Of a DNA stretch of 64,000 nucleotides, positions 41,104 through 51,215 are shown one piece after another. Each line of letters opens with the position of its first letter. Within the stretch, counting starts at the first letter, position 1. The translations under genes were made by a program, and so were the position numbers. The notes beneath the pieces were generated by a model, which did no database searches, had not been told where the DNA came from, and saw only the letters and a program-made list of their open reading frames with translations. This DNA comes from Planctomycetota bacterium (lineage in GTDB: Bacteria; Planctomycetota; UBA1135; UBA2386), in contig OZ245006.1 in NCBI GenBank assembly GCA_965223545.1, positions 1,504,001-1,568,000 of the forward strand, given 5' to 3'.

Positions 41104-41949
41104 ATGCCGCGCCAGAAGAAGCCGCTCAAGGGCAAGCGATTGACCGCGAAGCAAGCCGACAAGCACACCCTCTACCAGCTGAGCGTGCAGGCACCGGAGG
41201 AGGACAGCAAGTTCTTCGCCCGACTGTTCAAGCGGCTGGCGGGCCGCCCGCTGCGACTCTTCCGCGAGGATTTCTGCGGCACCGCGATCCTGTCGTGCCA
41301 CCACGTGCGCAACCACAAGAAGAACCGCGCGCTGTGCGTCGACATTCACGCGCCGACCCTGGCGTGGGCCGAGGAGCACAACGTCGCGGCGCTTCCCGCC
41401 ACCGCGCGTGAGCGCGTCTCCCTCGTCTGCGCCGACGTGCTCGACGTCAAGCGCCCGCGCGCCGACCTCACCGCCGCGCTCAACTTCAGCTACTCGTGCT
41501 TCAAGGACCGCAAGTCGCTGTTGAAGTACGTCAAACGCGCCTACGCGGGCCTCGCCGGCGATGGCGTCTTCGTCATGGACGCGTGGGGCGGATCGGACAC
41601 CCAGCTCGAGCAGGTCGAGGAGCGCGAGATCGACGAGCAGGGCCACCGCTTCACCTACTGCTGGGACCAGCACCGCTTCGACCCGGTGTCGTACGAGACG
41701 ACCTGCAAGATCCACTTCGAGTTCGGCGACGGCAGCCGGATGGAGAACGCCTTCGTCTACGACTGGCGGCTGTGGACCCTACCCGAGCTGCGCGAGCTGA
41801 TGACCGAAGCCGGCTTCGAAGACGTCCACGTGCTCTGGGAGGGCACCGACACGGAGACCGACGAGGGCAACGGGGTGTTCCGCCGCGTGCGGCGCGGCGA
41901 AGCCGATGCGGCGTGGATCGCCTACGTCGTCGGCTGCAAGCGCCAGTAG
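41104..41949 (+). CDS. Class I SAM-dependent methyltransferase
   Basis: LYQLSVQ, REDFCGTA, ALCVD, ALNFSY, FVYDWRLWTLPE. Confidence 0.82.
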   Translation: MPRQKKPLKGKRLTAKQADKHTLYQLSVQAPEEDSKFFARLFKRLAGRPLRLFREDFCGTAILSCHHVRNHKKNRALCVDIHAPTLAWAEEHNVAALPATARERVSLVCADVLDVKRPRADLTAALNFSYSCFKDRKSLLKYVKRAYAGLAGDGVFVMDAWGGSDTQLEQVEEREIDEQGHRFTYCWDQHRFDPVSYETTCKIHFEFGDGSRMENAFVYDWRLWTLPELRELMTEAGFEDVHVLWEGTDTETDEGNGVFRRVRRGEADAAWIAYVVGCKRQ

Positions 41950-41959
41950 TCGCGGACCG

Positions 41960-43189
41960 TCAGCGCCGGGGGTAGGTGGCGAGGACCCAGGCGCACCAAT
42001 CCTCGTCGAAGGACGCGGTGTCGAGACCGACCGCCTCGCGCAAGGCGTGGTCTTGCCGCTCGCGCAGGTGGCCCGGCGTCGGCACGGCGCCGTCGAACGG
42101 ATCCTTGAACACCGTGGCGAACGCCCCCAACGCGCCCTCGTCCCGCCGCAGCATGAAGTCCACCCGCGACCACGCCATGACGTGATCGATCCACTTCCAG
42201 TCGTCGAACCGCTGGCGACGGGCGAGCTCCTCGAGCGGCGTGAACTGCTCCGCCTTGCAGTAGGCGCGCACGATCGGCTCCCACCGCGTCTGCGTCCGGC
42301 GTTCGGCCTTGCCGTCGGCCTCGACGTTGAACACCGGATGCTCCGGGGCCACGCGCCGCGCGAACCACTGCGCAACGCCGTCCGCGAACCACAGCGGCAC
42401 GCCGTGGTTGTAGCCCCGGTAGCCGGCCAGCAGATTGGTCACCACGTTGAACACCAGCTGGCCGTGCAGCCGGACGTCGCTCTGGATGCTGGGCGGATCC
42501 AGCTCGAGCGCGGTGCCGAAGAACAGGCTGCCCGTGTCGCGGAAGTGATGCCGCATCGGGATCTCGGGCTGGGTCTTGGTCAGCCGACGGAAGAAGCGAC
42601 CGTAGCTCGAGGCGCGCGCCAACAGCAGCACCGTGTACTTGTCGGCCATGCCGAGGTAGGGTCCATCCCCCATGTAGCGCTCGCGCAGCGCGGCCTCGGC
42701 CGGGCTCGGCGGGAAGTCGCTGCGGGAGACGCCGAGCTTGGCCTGCACGTCGGCATACAGCTCCTCCAACCGCTGCGCCGTCAGGTGCAAGCGCAGCCAC
42801 GGGTCGAGCCGCCGCGCGACCTTGGGCACCTTGGGCAACCGCTTGCCCAACCGACGCAGCTCGGCGGTGATCTGCCCCCGCTGGCTCGGATCGAGCGCCA
42901 GCTCCGGCAACGACGTGCCGATGCGAAAATGCGCGGTCTCGACCCACAGCACGCGGACGCCGAGCAGCTTGTCCAACGACTTGGTGGTCTCGCCGCCGAC
43001 GAACTCGAACGGAGCGAAGCGCTCGTAGCCCGCCGCGAACATCGCGTCGGCGTCCCCTTTGGTGTAGGGGTCGTCGGTGGCTTCGCCGAGCTGCGCCGGC
43101 AGCCTCTCGGCCAATGCGACCGCCGCACCCAGCGCCCACAGCGCCATGGTGACCACTACCCGACAGCTCCGTCGCCAATCTTCGCGCAC
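41960..43189 (-). CDS. Secreted hypothetical protein, peptidase MA/DUF1570-like but lacking HExxH (start may be 43147)
   Basis: Signal-like segment; VETAHFRI, PLWFADGVAQWF, AWSRVDFM. Confidence 0.6.
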   Translation of the reverse strand: MREDWRRSCRVVVTMALWALGAAVALAERLPAQLGEATDDPYTKGDADAMFAAGYERFAPFEFVGGETTKSLDKLLGVRVLWVETAHFRIGTSLPELALDPSQRGQITAELRRLGKRLPKVPKVARRLDPWLRLHLTAQRLEELYADVQAKLGVSRSDFPPSPAEAALRERYMGDGPYLGMADKYTVLLLARASSYGRFFRRLTKTQPEIPMRHHFRDTGSLFFGTALELDPPSIQSDVRLHGQLVFNVVTNLLAGYRGYNHGVPLWFADGVAQWFARRVAPEHPVFNVEADGKAERRTQTRWEPIVRAYCKAEQFTPLEELARRQRFDDWKWIDHVMAWSRVDFMLRRDEGALGAFATVFKDPFDGAVPTPGHLRERQDHALREAVGLDTASFDEDWCAWVLATYPRR

Positions 43190-43292
43190 GACGCAGCACC
43201 ATAGCGAGGAAGCATTTCCGAGTAACCGCGATCGACCTGCGCCCCACCGAGAAGGCCGGTGCGGAGGTCGCGCGGTGCGCTACGATCCCGTT

Positions 43293-44468
43293 ATGCACGG
43301 TGGGCCGGTTGTCGCGGGTTTTCGGGGACACGAAAGCGTCGCGACGAGCGCCGCGCTGTGCCTGTCGATGGTGCTCGGTGCGCTCGGCCCGGCGCTCGCC
43401 CAGTCCACCGCCGACGCCCGGCGCCCGGTCTCCGGCGCCGCCGACTCCAGCGCCAATGACTTCGAGACCTGCTCCGCGGCGGCCGAGCGCGGACTGCGAT
43501 GGCTGATCGCGCAGCAGACCGAGAGCGGCGGCTGGCGCGGCGACGTCGGCCACAAGCGCGGCGATTGGTACGACGTGTTCCACAGCGCCGAGCAACAGAG
43601 GCAACGCGGGGGCATCCACGTCGGCGTGACCGCGCTGGCCACCCTCGCGTTCGTCGCCGGTGGTCATCTGCCCGACCGCGGTCCACACGGCGACGCCGTC
43701 CACCGCGCCGTCGACAGTCTGCTGGCGCGCATCGACGACGGCGGCTACGTCGCCGACAGCGGCACGCGCATGTACAGCCACGCGTTCGCCACCCTCTGCC
43801 TGGCGCAGCTGCACGGCATGGTGCGCAGCCCCGCCCTGAAGTCGGGGCTCGAGCGGGCGGTGCAGTGGATCGTCGACTGCCAGAACCAGATGGGCGCGTG
43901 GCGCTACAACCCGTTCACCCCCGAGGCCGACCTCTCGGTGACGGTCTGCCAGCTGCAGGCGCTGCGCGCGGCGCACAACATCGGCATCGCCGTGCCGCGC
44001 GCCACCATCGACGCCGCGGTGGAGTACGTGCGCGCCAGCCAGGTGCGGCGCGGGCCCGACCGCGGCTTGTTCTACTACAAGATCGCGGGCCGGGGCGCCT
44101 ACCGGAAGAGCCGTCAGTTCGCCATCAACGCAGCCGCGTTGACCTCACTGTTTTCCGCAGGCGTGTACGACGAGCAGCTCAGCGAGCCGGCCCTGGAGTT
44201 CTTGCTGCGCGCGTATCCCTTCGAGGCGCGCCACCCCCACCACTTCTACTACTGGTACGGCAACTACTACGCGGCGCAGGCGCTGTTCCAAGAGGGCGGT
44301 GCCCGCTACGAGCTCTACTACTACCGGTTGTGCCGCGACCTCTTGGCGACCCAGCAGGCCGACGGGCGCTGGATCAACGACGTCGGTCCGGGCGATGCGT
44401 TCGCCACGGCGGTCGCATGCCTGCTGCTGCAGGTGCGCAATCAATACCTGCCGATCTTCCAGCGCTGA
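43293..44468 (+). CDS. Prenyltransferase/squalene-oxidase repeat protein
   Basis: GLRWLIAQQTESGGW, MYSHAFATLCL, CQNQMGAWRY, QQADGRW repeats; YLPIFQR C-terminus. Confidence 0.82.
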   Translation: MHGGPVVAGFRGHESVATSAALCLSMVLGALGPALAQSTADARRPVSGAADSSANDFETCSAAAERGLRWLIAQQTESGGWRGDVGHKRGDWYDVFHSAEQQRQRGGIHVGVTALATLAFVAGGHLPDRGPHGDAVHRAVDSLLARIDDGGYVADSGTRMYSHAFATLCLAQLHGMVRSPALKSGLERAVQWIVDCQNQMGAWRYNPFTPEADLSVTVCQLQALRAAHNIGIAVPRATIDAAVEYVRASQVRRGPDRGLFYYKIAGRGAYRKSRQFAINAAALTSLFSAGVYDEQLSEPALEFLLRAYPFEARHPHHFYYWYGNYYAAQALFQEGGARYELYYYRLCRDLLATQQADGRWINDVGPGDAFATAVACLLLQVRNQYLPIFQR

Positions 44469-44548
44469 GTCCGGCGGAGTCGGCGCTGCGGCGACACAGA
44501 CCCGGGAGCCGGTCGACCGGAGCGCGGGACCCGCTACGCTGCTTCGCC

Positions 44549-46771
44549 ATGAGCCGCACGTCCTCGCCTCGATCGTCTCTCGCGCTCGCCCTGGCGCTGG
44601 CGCCGGCCGCCGTCGCGCAAGACAGCCAGCAGGCACCGCCGGAGCTCACGCTGGAGAGCGTCCTCGAGGAGAACGCGCTGCGACCAGAGCTGCCCGAGTT
44701 CGGTTTCGTGCCGGGCACCCACACCGTGCACCGCACCGCGGGCAGCGGCGCCGGCACGGTCGCCGCGACCCGCGATGCCGACGGCTCCTGGCAGGAGCGC
44801 TTCGACGCCGCCACCTTGGCCGCCGCGATCGGTGCCACAGACATCGCGGACGTCGATGCCGAGACCCTCGAGTGGGAATGGATCGACCCCGACCAAGTGC
44901 GGGTCGAGCACCGCGGCGAAGTCCTGCACTGGCGTATCGGCGACGAAGCCGCGCGCCGGGTGTTGTTCGCAGTCACCGGCGGGGAGCCGACAGCGTCGGC
45001 GTATGCGCCCGGAGACCAGCGTGCCGCCCACGTCGTCCGCCACCAGCTGTGGGTCACGCAAGGCGACGGCCGCCAGCGCCAGATCAGCTGGGACGGCAGC
45101 CCGGACATCGTCTACGGCGGCGCCGCGCACCGCGCCGAGTTCGGCATTCGCGACGGTCTCTGGTGGGACGACTCCGGTCGCCGACTGGCGTTCTCGCGCG
45201 AGGACCAGCGGCCGATCGAGCCGTTTCCGTACGCCGACGTCGCCGCGCACCCACCGGCCGCGGTCGCCGGCCGCTACCCGATGGCGGGCCGCGCGCACGC
45301 CTCGGTCTCGATCGGGGTCTACGACAGCGCCGACGGCAGCCTCCACTACCTCGAGCACGACCCGGACGACGACGTCTATTGGACCAACGTGACGTTTTCG
45401 GCCGACGGCGCGCACGTCTTCGTCGCGCTCGTGTCGCGCGGCCAAGACCACATGCAGCTGGTGCGCTTCGACGCCGCGACCGGCGCGCGGGGGCCCGTGC
45501 TGTTCGAGGAGCGCGATCCCGAATGGGTCGAGCCCGAGCTCGGGCCCATCGCGGTGCCCGGAACGGCCGGCGACTTCTTGTGGCGGTCACCGCGCAACGG
45601 CTACCACCACCTCTACCACTACCGTGGTGACGGCGGCCTGGTCGGGGCGGTGACCGGCGGGGAGTTCGACGTGCGCGCGGTGCTCGGTGTGAGTGGCAGC
45701 GGCGCGTCCGCCCGCGTGCTGTACCTCGCCTCGACCACCGATCCGCTCGACCAGCACCTCTGGTCGGTGCCGATCGGCGGCGGCACGCCGACGCAGTGCA
45801 CCACCGCGCGGGGCTGGCACGAGGCCACCGTCAGCGACGACGGCCAGTGGGCCATCGCGCGCCACAGCAATCTCGACGACCCCGGCGGCGTCCAACTCGT
45901 TTCCACTGCGGGCGCAGCGGCGACCACGCTGGTCACCGCCGCCGACCCCTTTGCCGGCCGGGTGGTCGGAGGACGCCGATTCTTCCGCCTCGACGCCGCC
46001 GACGGCACCCCCATGCACGGCCTTCTGCTGCAGCCCGGCGCCCCCCAACCCGACCGCAAACACCCGATCCTGCACTACGTCTACGGCGGCCCGCACAGTC
46101 AGCTCGTGCGCGACGCCTGGCTGGGCGGGGCGAGCCCGTGGCTGCACTACATGGCAATGCGGGGCTACATCGTCCTGATTCTCGACAACCGCGGCACCGG
46201 CAACCGCGGCATCGAGTTCGCGCAGACCGTGTTCCGGCGGCTCTCGGCGCTCGAGGTCGAGGACCAGAGCGCGGCGTTGGCCTGGGCCAACCAGTTGCCG
46301 TACGCGGACCCGGACCGAGTCGGCGTGCACGGGTGGTCGTATGGGGGTTATATGACTCTGGCGCTCATGACACGGACCCGGAGCTATCGGTGCGGGGTCG
46401 CCGGCGCGCCGGTCACCGACTGGGCTCAGTACGAGACCGGCTACACCGAGCGCTACATGGACACTCCGGCCGAGAACCCCGACGGCTACGCGAACGCCAG
46501 CGTCATCGACCGCGCCGCCGATCTGCACGGACGCCTCCTCCTGGTGCACGGGACCGATGACAAGACCGTCATGTGGTCGCACCCGATGCGCTTTCTCGAC
46601 GCCTGCATCGAGCACGACGTGCTGGTCGACTTCATGGCCTACCCGATGGCGCAGCACGGTCTGCGCGGCGCCGACCGCCGTCACTTCTACCGGCTGATGA
46701 CGCGCTTTTTCGACGAGCAGCTGCAGCTGTCGACAAAGCCGACAGCGCCCGCCGAAGCCGAGTCGCGCTGA
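44549..46771 (+). CDS. S9B dipeptidyl peptidase IV-like serine peptidase
   Basis: Signal peptide; YPMAG, VYGGPHSQ, GWSYGG nucleophile motif, HGTDDKTV, QHG. Confidence 0.93.
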   Translation: MSRTSSPRSSLALALALAPAAVAQDSQQAPPELTLESVLEENALRPELPEFGFVPGTHTVHRTAGSGAGTVAATRDADGSWQERFDAATLAAAIGATDIADVDAETLEWEWIDPDQVRVEHRGEVLHWRIGDEAARRVLFAVTGGEPTASAYAPGDQRAAHVVRHQLWVTQGDGRQRQISWDGSPDIVYGGAAHRAEFGIRDGLWWDDSGRRLAFSREDQRPIEPFPYADVAAHPPAAVAGRYPMAGRAHASVSIGVYDSADGSLHYLEHDPDDDVYWTNVTFSADGAHVFVALVSRGQDHMQLVRFDAATGARGPVLFEERDPEWVEPELGPIAVPGTAGDFLWRSPRNGYHHLYHYRGDGGLVGAVTGGEFDVRAVLGVSGSGASARVLYLASTTDPLDQHLWSVPIGGGTPTQCTTARGWHEATVSDDGQWAIARHSNLDDPGGVQLVSTAGAAATTLVTAADPFAGRVVGGRRFFRLDAADGTPMHGLLLQPGAPQPDRKHPILHYVYGGPHSQLVRDAWLGGASPWLHYMAMRGYIVLILDNRGTGNRGIEFAQTVFRRLSALEVEDQSAALAWANQLPYADPDRVGVHGWSYGGYMTLALMTRTRSYRCGVAGAPVTDWAQYETGYTERYMDTPAENPDGYANASVIDRAADLHGRLLLVHGTDDKTVMWSHPMRFLDACIEHDVLVDFMAYPMAQHGLRGADRRHFYRLMTRFFDEQLQLSTKPTAPAEAESR

Positions 46772-46890
46772 CGACTTTGGGCGCCGCCACCCGCGGCGAT
46801 CGGGTCCGCAAGTACGCCCGCCACAACGGTCGATGAAGAGGTGTCCGCGCCTGCCCGCGCACAGGGCGGCCCCACCGCCTCCTCGTCAGC

Positions 46891-49644
46891 ATGCCTTCCG
46901 ACCGTTCCAGCTCCACCGACAATGGCCGCCACATCCCGGTGTGGATCTGGCTGCTGACCGGTTGGGGTATCGCCGGTGGCTCCCTGGTGCTCGGCCTGCT
47001 GACGACCTATCTCCTCAACCTCCGCGAGGACGAGGAGATCGCCGGCCGGCAGCGCGACATGCTGGCGTCGATCACCGAGGAGCTGCGCACTCCGCTGGGC
47101 CAGCTGGAGGCGGCGCTGCAGAGCGTTTTCGACCCGAGCTTGCCGGCGGTGCCCGGCGTCGACATCCAACGGTCGACGACCCTGATCCAGACGGTGCACC
47201 AGGGCGACTTGCCCGCACCGGTCGTCGATGAGCTACACCAGCTCAGCATCGAGCTGCGCGCAGCCCGCGACCAGATCGCCTTGTGCGGCAATTGGCGCCG
47301 GCAGATCGAGCGCGCGATACGACGGCGGGAGCTGGCCCGCGAGCACACCCGCTCCGCGGTGAGCGTGCTGCGCTCGACGCTGGATGAGCTGCTGCGCACG
47401 CTGCCGATGGCGCGGCAGCGCATCCTGACGTCGCTGACCGAGCTCGACCGACGCGCCATTCAGGTGGCGGTCGAGCGGCACGGCGTGCTGGAGGCGATCG
47501 AGGACATCGCGGTGCGGCTGCTGACGACTGCCGACCGCATCGACAAGGAAGTGCTGCGCATCGAGGTCGAGCGAGACGCCGAGCGTCTACAGACCCTCGT
47601 CGACAGTGGGATCCACCCGCTGCTCGAAGCGGCGCACGCGCTCGAGGAGCGGCTCACCGAGCTCGGAGCGCAAACCGAGGCCCGGGCCGACGTCGCCCCA
47701 CTGCTCGACGCGCTGCAGTCGGCGCTGCTGTCGTCGACGATGACCGCGGCGCCGACCGGTGACCGCACCGGCCTCGTGGTCGCGCAGCATTCTTGGCTGA
47801 TCCAGCGGCAGCGCGGCGCGGAGCTCGAGACCGCCCTCGGCCGACGGATCACGCGACTGCAGGAGGCCTTCGTCCGCCTCGACCAGGAGCTGACGCAGGC
47901 GTTCGTCTCCGCGCAGGAACGCCAACGCGAGCAGCTCGGTCACATCTGGGCCCTGTGCGCGGCGGTCGCCGGCGCGGTGGGCGCGCTGTTCCTGCTGCTC
48001 GCACGCATCATCAGCCAGAGTGCCAAGAGCCAGATCCGCGCCCTGTTCGAGGCCCGTCGCGCGGCCTCCGACGCAGCCCGCGCGCAGGGTGAGTTCCTCG
48101 CCAACATGAGCCACGAGATCCGCACACCGATGAACGGCGTGCTCGGCATGGCAGAGCTGCTCGAGGCGAGCGAGCTCGACGAGGACCAGCGACAGATCGC
48201 GCGCACGATCCGCAGCTCGGCCGACGCGCTGCTGACGGTCATCAACGACATCCTCGACTTCTCCAAGATCCAGGCTGGCAAGCTCGAGCTGAGCAGCAGC
48301 GACTTCGACCTGCGCGCCACCGTCGAGGACACGCTCGACCTGCTCGGCCACCTGGCTGCGGCGAAGGACCTCGAGCTACTCTGCTTCGTCGACCACCGCG
48401 TGCCCAAGCTGCTGCACGGCGACCCCGATCGCCTGCGCCAGGTGCTGCTCAACCTCGCCGGCAACGCGATCAAGTTTACCGACGAAGGCGAGGTCACGGT
48501 CCAGATCCACCTGCTCACCGAGCTCGAGCAAGCGGTCCATCTGCAAGTCGCCGTCCGCGACACCGGCGTCGGCATCCCCGAGGAGGCGCAGGCACGGCTG
48601 TTCCAGCCGTTCACCCAAGCCGACACTGCCACCACCCGCCGCTTCGGCGGCACCGGCCTCGGCCTGACCATCTCCAAGCGCCTGATCCAGATGATGGACG
48701 GCGACATCACGCTGGAGAGCGAGCCCGGCGTCGGCAGCACCTTCACCTTCACGGTCGCGCTGCGCCAAGCAACCACGCCGCAAGCGGCCCCCGACGCGCC
48801 GGACCTCTCCGGCCACACGGCCTTGATCGTCGACGACGAGTCCACCGCCCGCGAGCTGCTCGCGCTGCGCCTCGCGCACTGGCGCATGGGCTTCGACGTC
48901 GCCGCCGACGCCGAGACTGCGCTCCAACGCCTGCGCGAAGCGCACGCCGACGGCCACACCTTCGACGTCGCGCTGATCGACTACCAGATGCCCGGCACCG
49001 ACGGCCTGCAGCTCGCCGCCCAGATCGGCACCGACCCCGCACTCGCGCGAACGCGCTGCGTCCTGCTCAGCTCGGCCGGCCCCAAGCCCTCGGGCCAGAC
49101 CCTCGCCCAACACCACCTCGCCGCCTGGATCACCAAACCCCTGCACGAGGACCGGCTGCACCAGGCGATCCAGCAAGCCCTCGGCATCGCCTCGACCCCG
49201 GCCGCCACGGCCCAGCGCCCCACCGACGCCGACACCCCTCTCGACCTCCAGGTCCTCGTCGCCGAGGACAACGCCATCAACCAACGCGTCCTCAAGCAGA
49301 TGCTGGCCAAGATCGGCGCCCACGCCACCTTCGCCAACAACGGCCGCGAAGCCGTCGACCTGCTACTGACCACCGAGGTGGATCTGGTGCTGATGGACTG
49401 CCAGATGCCGGTGCTCGACGGACTCGCCGCCACGCGCGAGATCCGCGCCCTGCCGACCGCAGTGCGCGACATCCCGGTGATTGCGCTGACGGCGAACGTG
49501 CTGCCGGCGGACCGCGAGGCGTGCCTCGCGGCCGGGATGAACGAGTTCTTGACCAAGCCGATCAAGCGCGAGGAGCTGCGGGCGGCGTTGGTGCGGTGGA
49601 GCCCGGCGCGGGACGGGGCGCGCGGGGATGGGGACGCGGAGTGA
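46891..49644 (+). CDS. Hybrid sensor histidine kinase with two receiver domains
   Basis: Two TM segments; FLANMSHEIRTPMNG, NLAGNAIKFT, DTGVG, GGTGLGL; REC domains DYQMP and DCQMP. Confidence 0.94.
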   Translation: MPSDRSSSTDNGRHIPVWIWLLTGWGIAGGSLVLGLLTTYLLNLREDEEIAGRQRDMLASITEELRTPLGQLEAALQSVFDPSLPAVPGVDIQRSTTLIQTVHQGDLPAPVVDELHQLSIELRAARDQIALCGNWRRQIERAIRRRELAREHTRSAVSVLRSTLDELLRTLPMARQRILTSLTELDRRAIQVAVERHGVLEAIEDIAVRLLTTADRIDKEVLRIEVERDAERLQTLVDSGIHPLLEAAHALEERLTELGAQTEARADVAPLLDALQSALLSSTMTAAPTGDRTGLVVAQHSWLIQRQRGAELETALGRRITRLQEAFVRLDQELTQAFVSAQERQREQLGHIWALCAAVAGAVGALFLLLARIISQSAKSQIRALFEARRAASDAARAQGEFLANMSHEIRTPMNGVLGMAELLEASELDEDQRQIARTIRSSADALLTVINDILDFSKIQAGKLELSSSDFDLRATVEDTLDLLGHLAAAKDLELLCFVDHRVPKLLHGDPDRLRQVLLNLAGNAIKFTDEGEVTVQIHLLTELEQAVHLQVAVRDTGVGIPEEAQARLFQPFTQADTATTRRFGGTGLGLTISKRLIQMMDGDITLESEPGVGSTFTFTVALRQATTPQAAPDAPDLSGHTALIVDDESTARELLALRLAHWRMGFDVAADAETALQRLREAHADGHTFDVALIDYQMPGTDGLQLAAQIGTDPALARTRCVLLSSAGPKPSGQTLAQHHLAAWITKPLHEDRLHQAIQQALGIASTPAATAQRPTDADTPLDLQVLVAEDNAINQRVLKQMLAKIGAHATFANNGREAVDLLLTTEVDLVLMDCQMPVLDGLAATREIRALPTAVRDIPVIALTANVLPADREACLAAGMNEFLTKPIKREELRAALVRWSPARDGARGDGDAE

Positions 49645-49703
49645 TGGTAGCGCCACCTGGTGCTTGGCGCGGGGGGAGTGCGGGGGTAAGGTGCGCGGCC
49701 CTT

Positions 49704-49780
49704 CGGAGCGTAGCTTAGCCTGGTAAAGCGCTGGCTTTGGGAGCCAGAGATCGGAGGTTCAAATCCTCTCGCTCCGACCA
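49704..49780 (+). tRNA. tRNA-Pro(UGG), CCA encoded
   Basis: CGGAGCG acceptor stem, anticodon arm CTGGC-TTTGGGA-GCCAG, GGTTCAAATCC T-arm, ends CGCTCCGACCA; TAAGGT -10-like hexamer at 49687. Confidence 0.97.
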
Positions 49781-49800
49781 TGTCTGCCTTTGGCAGACAT
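49780..49800 (+). terminator. Hairpin immediately after the tRNA
   Basis: ATGTCTGCC-TTT-GGCAGACAT; no U-tract. Confidence 0.45.
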
Positions 49801-49907
49801 GGACGAGGCGAGAGGATTTTAGTCCCACCATCGCTTCGCGCTGGTGGGATCAAATCCTCCGGCCTTGGGTGGCCCGACCTCGCTCGACTACGCGGTGGGA
49901 ACCAGCG

Positions 49908-51215
49908 TCAATTCTGATCCGCCCGCTTCAGGATCAAGCGCAGCGGAGTCTTGGCCGAGGATTCGTCCACGAACATCGTCGCGACAATCTGCGGATCCGG
50001 GTAGGCGTAGCCGCGTGGGACTCCCGCGAAGTATATCTTCGCTGCTCCCTGCGGGAGAGGCAGTGTGAAGCGCCCGGCTGGATCGGTCTCGGAGAGGCCG
50101 ATGCGCATCGACGGTTCAGTGTCCGTGAGAGCGATGACCGACGCGCCCTCGATCGGCTCCCGGCTTTCGGCATCGAGGACGACCCCCTTCACAACGACCG
50201 CGGGGCTCAGCTCGATCCCGACACCATCACGCTGCTCACCGATGCCCAGTGTCACGATGCGCGGCTGCACCGACCATTGCTGATCCTTTGGCTCAATGTG
50301 AAGTTCCAATTCGGAACCTGGCAGACCGCCAATCCGGAAGCGACCGAGCGCATCAGTCTCGGTACGAAACTCGGATCTCACGTAGATACGCGCGGGGCCA
50401 CCGCCCAGCGCGCGCACCCACACAGTTGCATGCGCAACCGGATCGTCCGCCGGGGTCTTGACTTGGCCCGCCAGGCCGGATTCGAGCGCCATGTCAATCT
50501 CTACCCGATCGGGGAGCGCGGTCGCACCGGGGCCAATGTTCGCCCATTGTGCATGCGCGAGCCCGTCACCTTCGCAGGCGAGGTAGATCCGCGCGTTCAC
50601 CGGAACGTCATGCAATGTGAACTCTCCGGCGTCATTTGCCCGGCACTCGAACACTTCGGGCAACACCGCGTCCAGCCCTGGGAACGCCGACGAGCGCAGC
50701 AGCATCGTGCCGAAGTCGCGTCCGTCGCGAATCTGTCGCCCGTCGAGGGCGTACATCGAGAGGACCTTCACACGCAACGCCGCTCCGTCGACTCCGTTCG
50801 GGACGTTGACCTTTCCTGCCAAGCTGCGCGAGGGCACGAGCCGCACGGCGACCGTGCTGCCGCTGCCGTCTCCCGGCGCGACGCGCACGCTGCGCCCCCC
50901 GCCCACGAGCTCGCCGGGAACGCGTGCGTACACCAGCCGATCGTATCGGCCGCCGCCGTACGTCACCGCGACGGGGAACTTGGCGCGGCCTGAGGCGTCG
51001 CTGCGATCGACGCCGAAGGAGCGGTAGTCGATGCCGCCGTCGGGGAGGCCCACGCACTGAAACAGGTAGACCTCGACACCCTCCAGTGGACGATCCTTCG
51101 CGTCGCTACAAACCACGACGACACCATCTGTGTCGGATTGTTGGGCGCCCAGGGAAGAAGGCGTCCACAGCACACCACCGAACAGCAACAGAGCCAGCAT
51201 CGCAGGGAGAGGCAT
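49908..51215 (-). CDS. Secreted protein with carboxypeptidase-regulatory-like repeats
   Basis: Signal peptide; PLEGVEV, GQVKTPADDPVAHATV, GVVLDAESREPIEGASV, TDPAGRF; TACAAT 6 nt before ATG. Confidence 0.75.
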   Translation of the reverse strand: MPLPAMLALLLFGGVLWTPSSLGAQQSDTDGVVVVCSDAKDRPLEGVEVYLFQCVGLPDGGIDYRSFGVDRSDASGRAKFPVAVTYGGGRYDRLVYARVPGELVGGGRSVRVAPGDGSGSTVAVRLVPSRSLAGKVNVPNGVDGAALRVKVLSMYALDGRQIRDGRDFGTMLLRSSAFPGLDAVLPEVFECRANDAGEFTLHDVPVNARIYLACEGDGLAHAQWANIGPGATALPDRVEIDMALESGLAGQVKTPADDPVAHATVWVRALGGGPARIYVRSEFRTETDALGRFRIGGLPGSELELHIEPKDQQWSVQPRIVTLGIGEQRDGVGIELSPAVVVKGVVLDAESREPIEGASVIALTDTEPSMRIGLSETDPAGRFTLPLPQGAAKIYFAGVPRGYAYPDPQIVATMFVDESSAKTPLRLILKRADQN

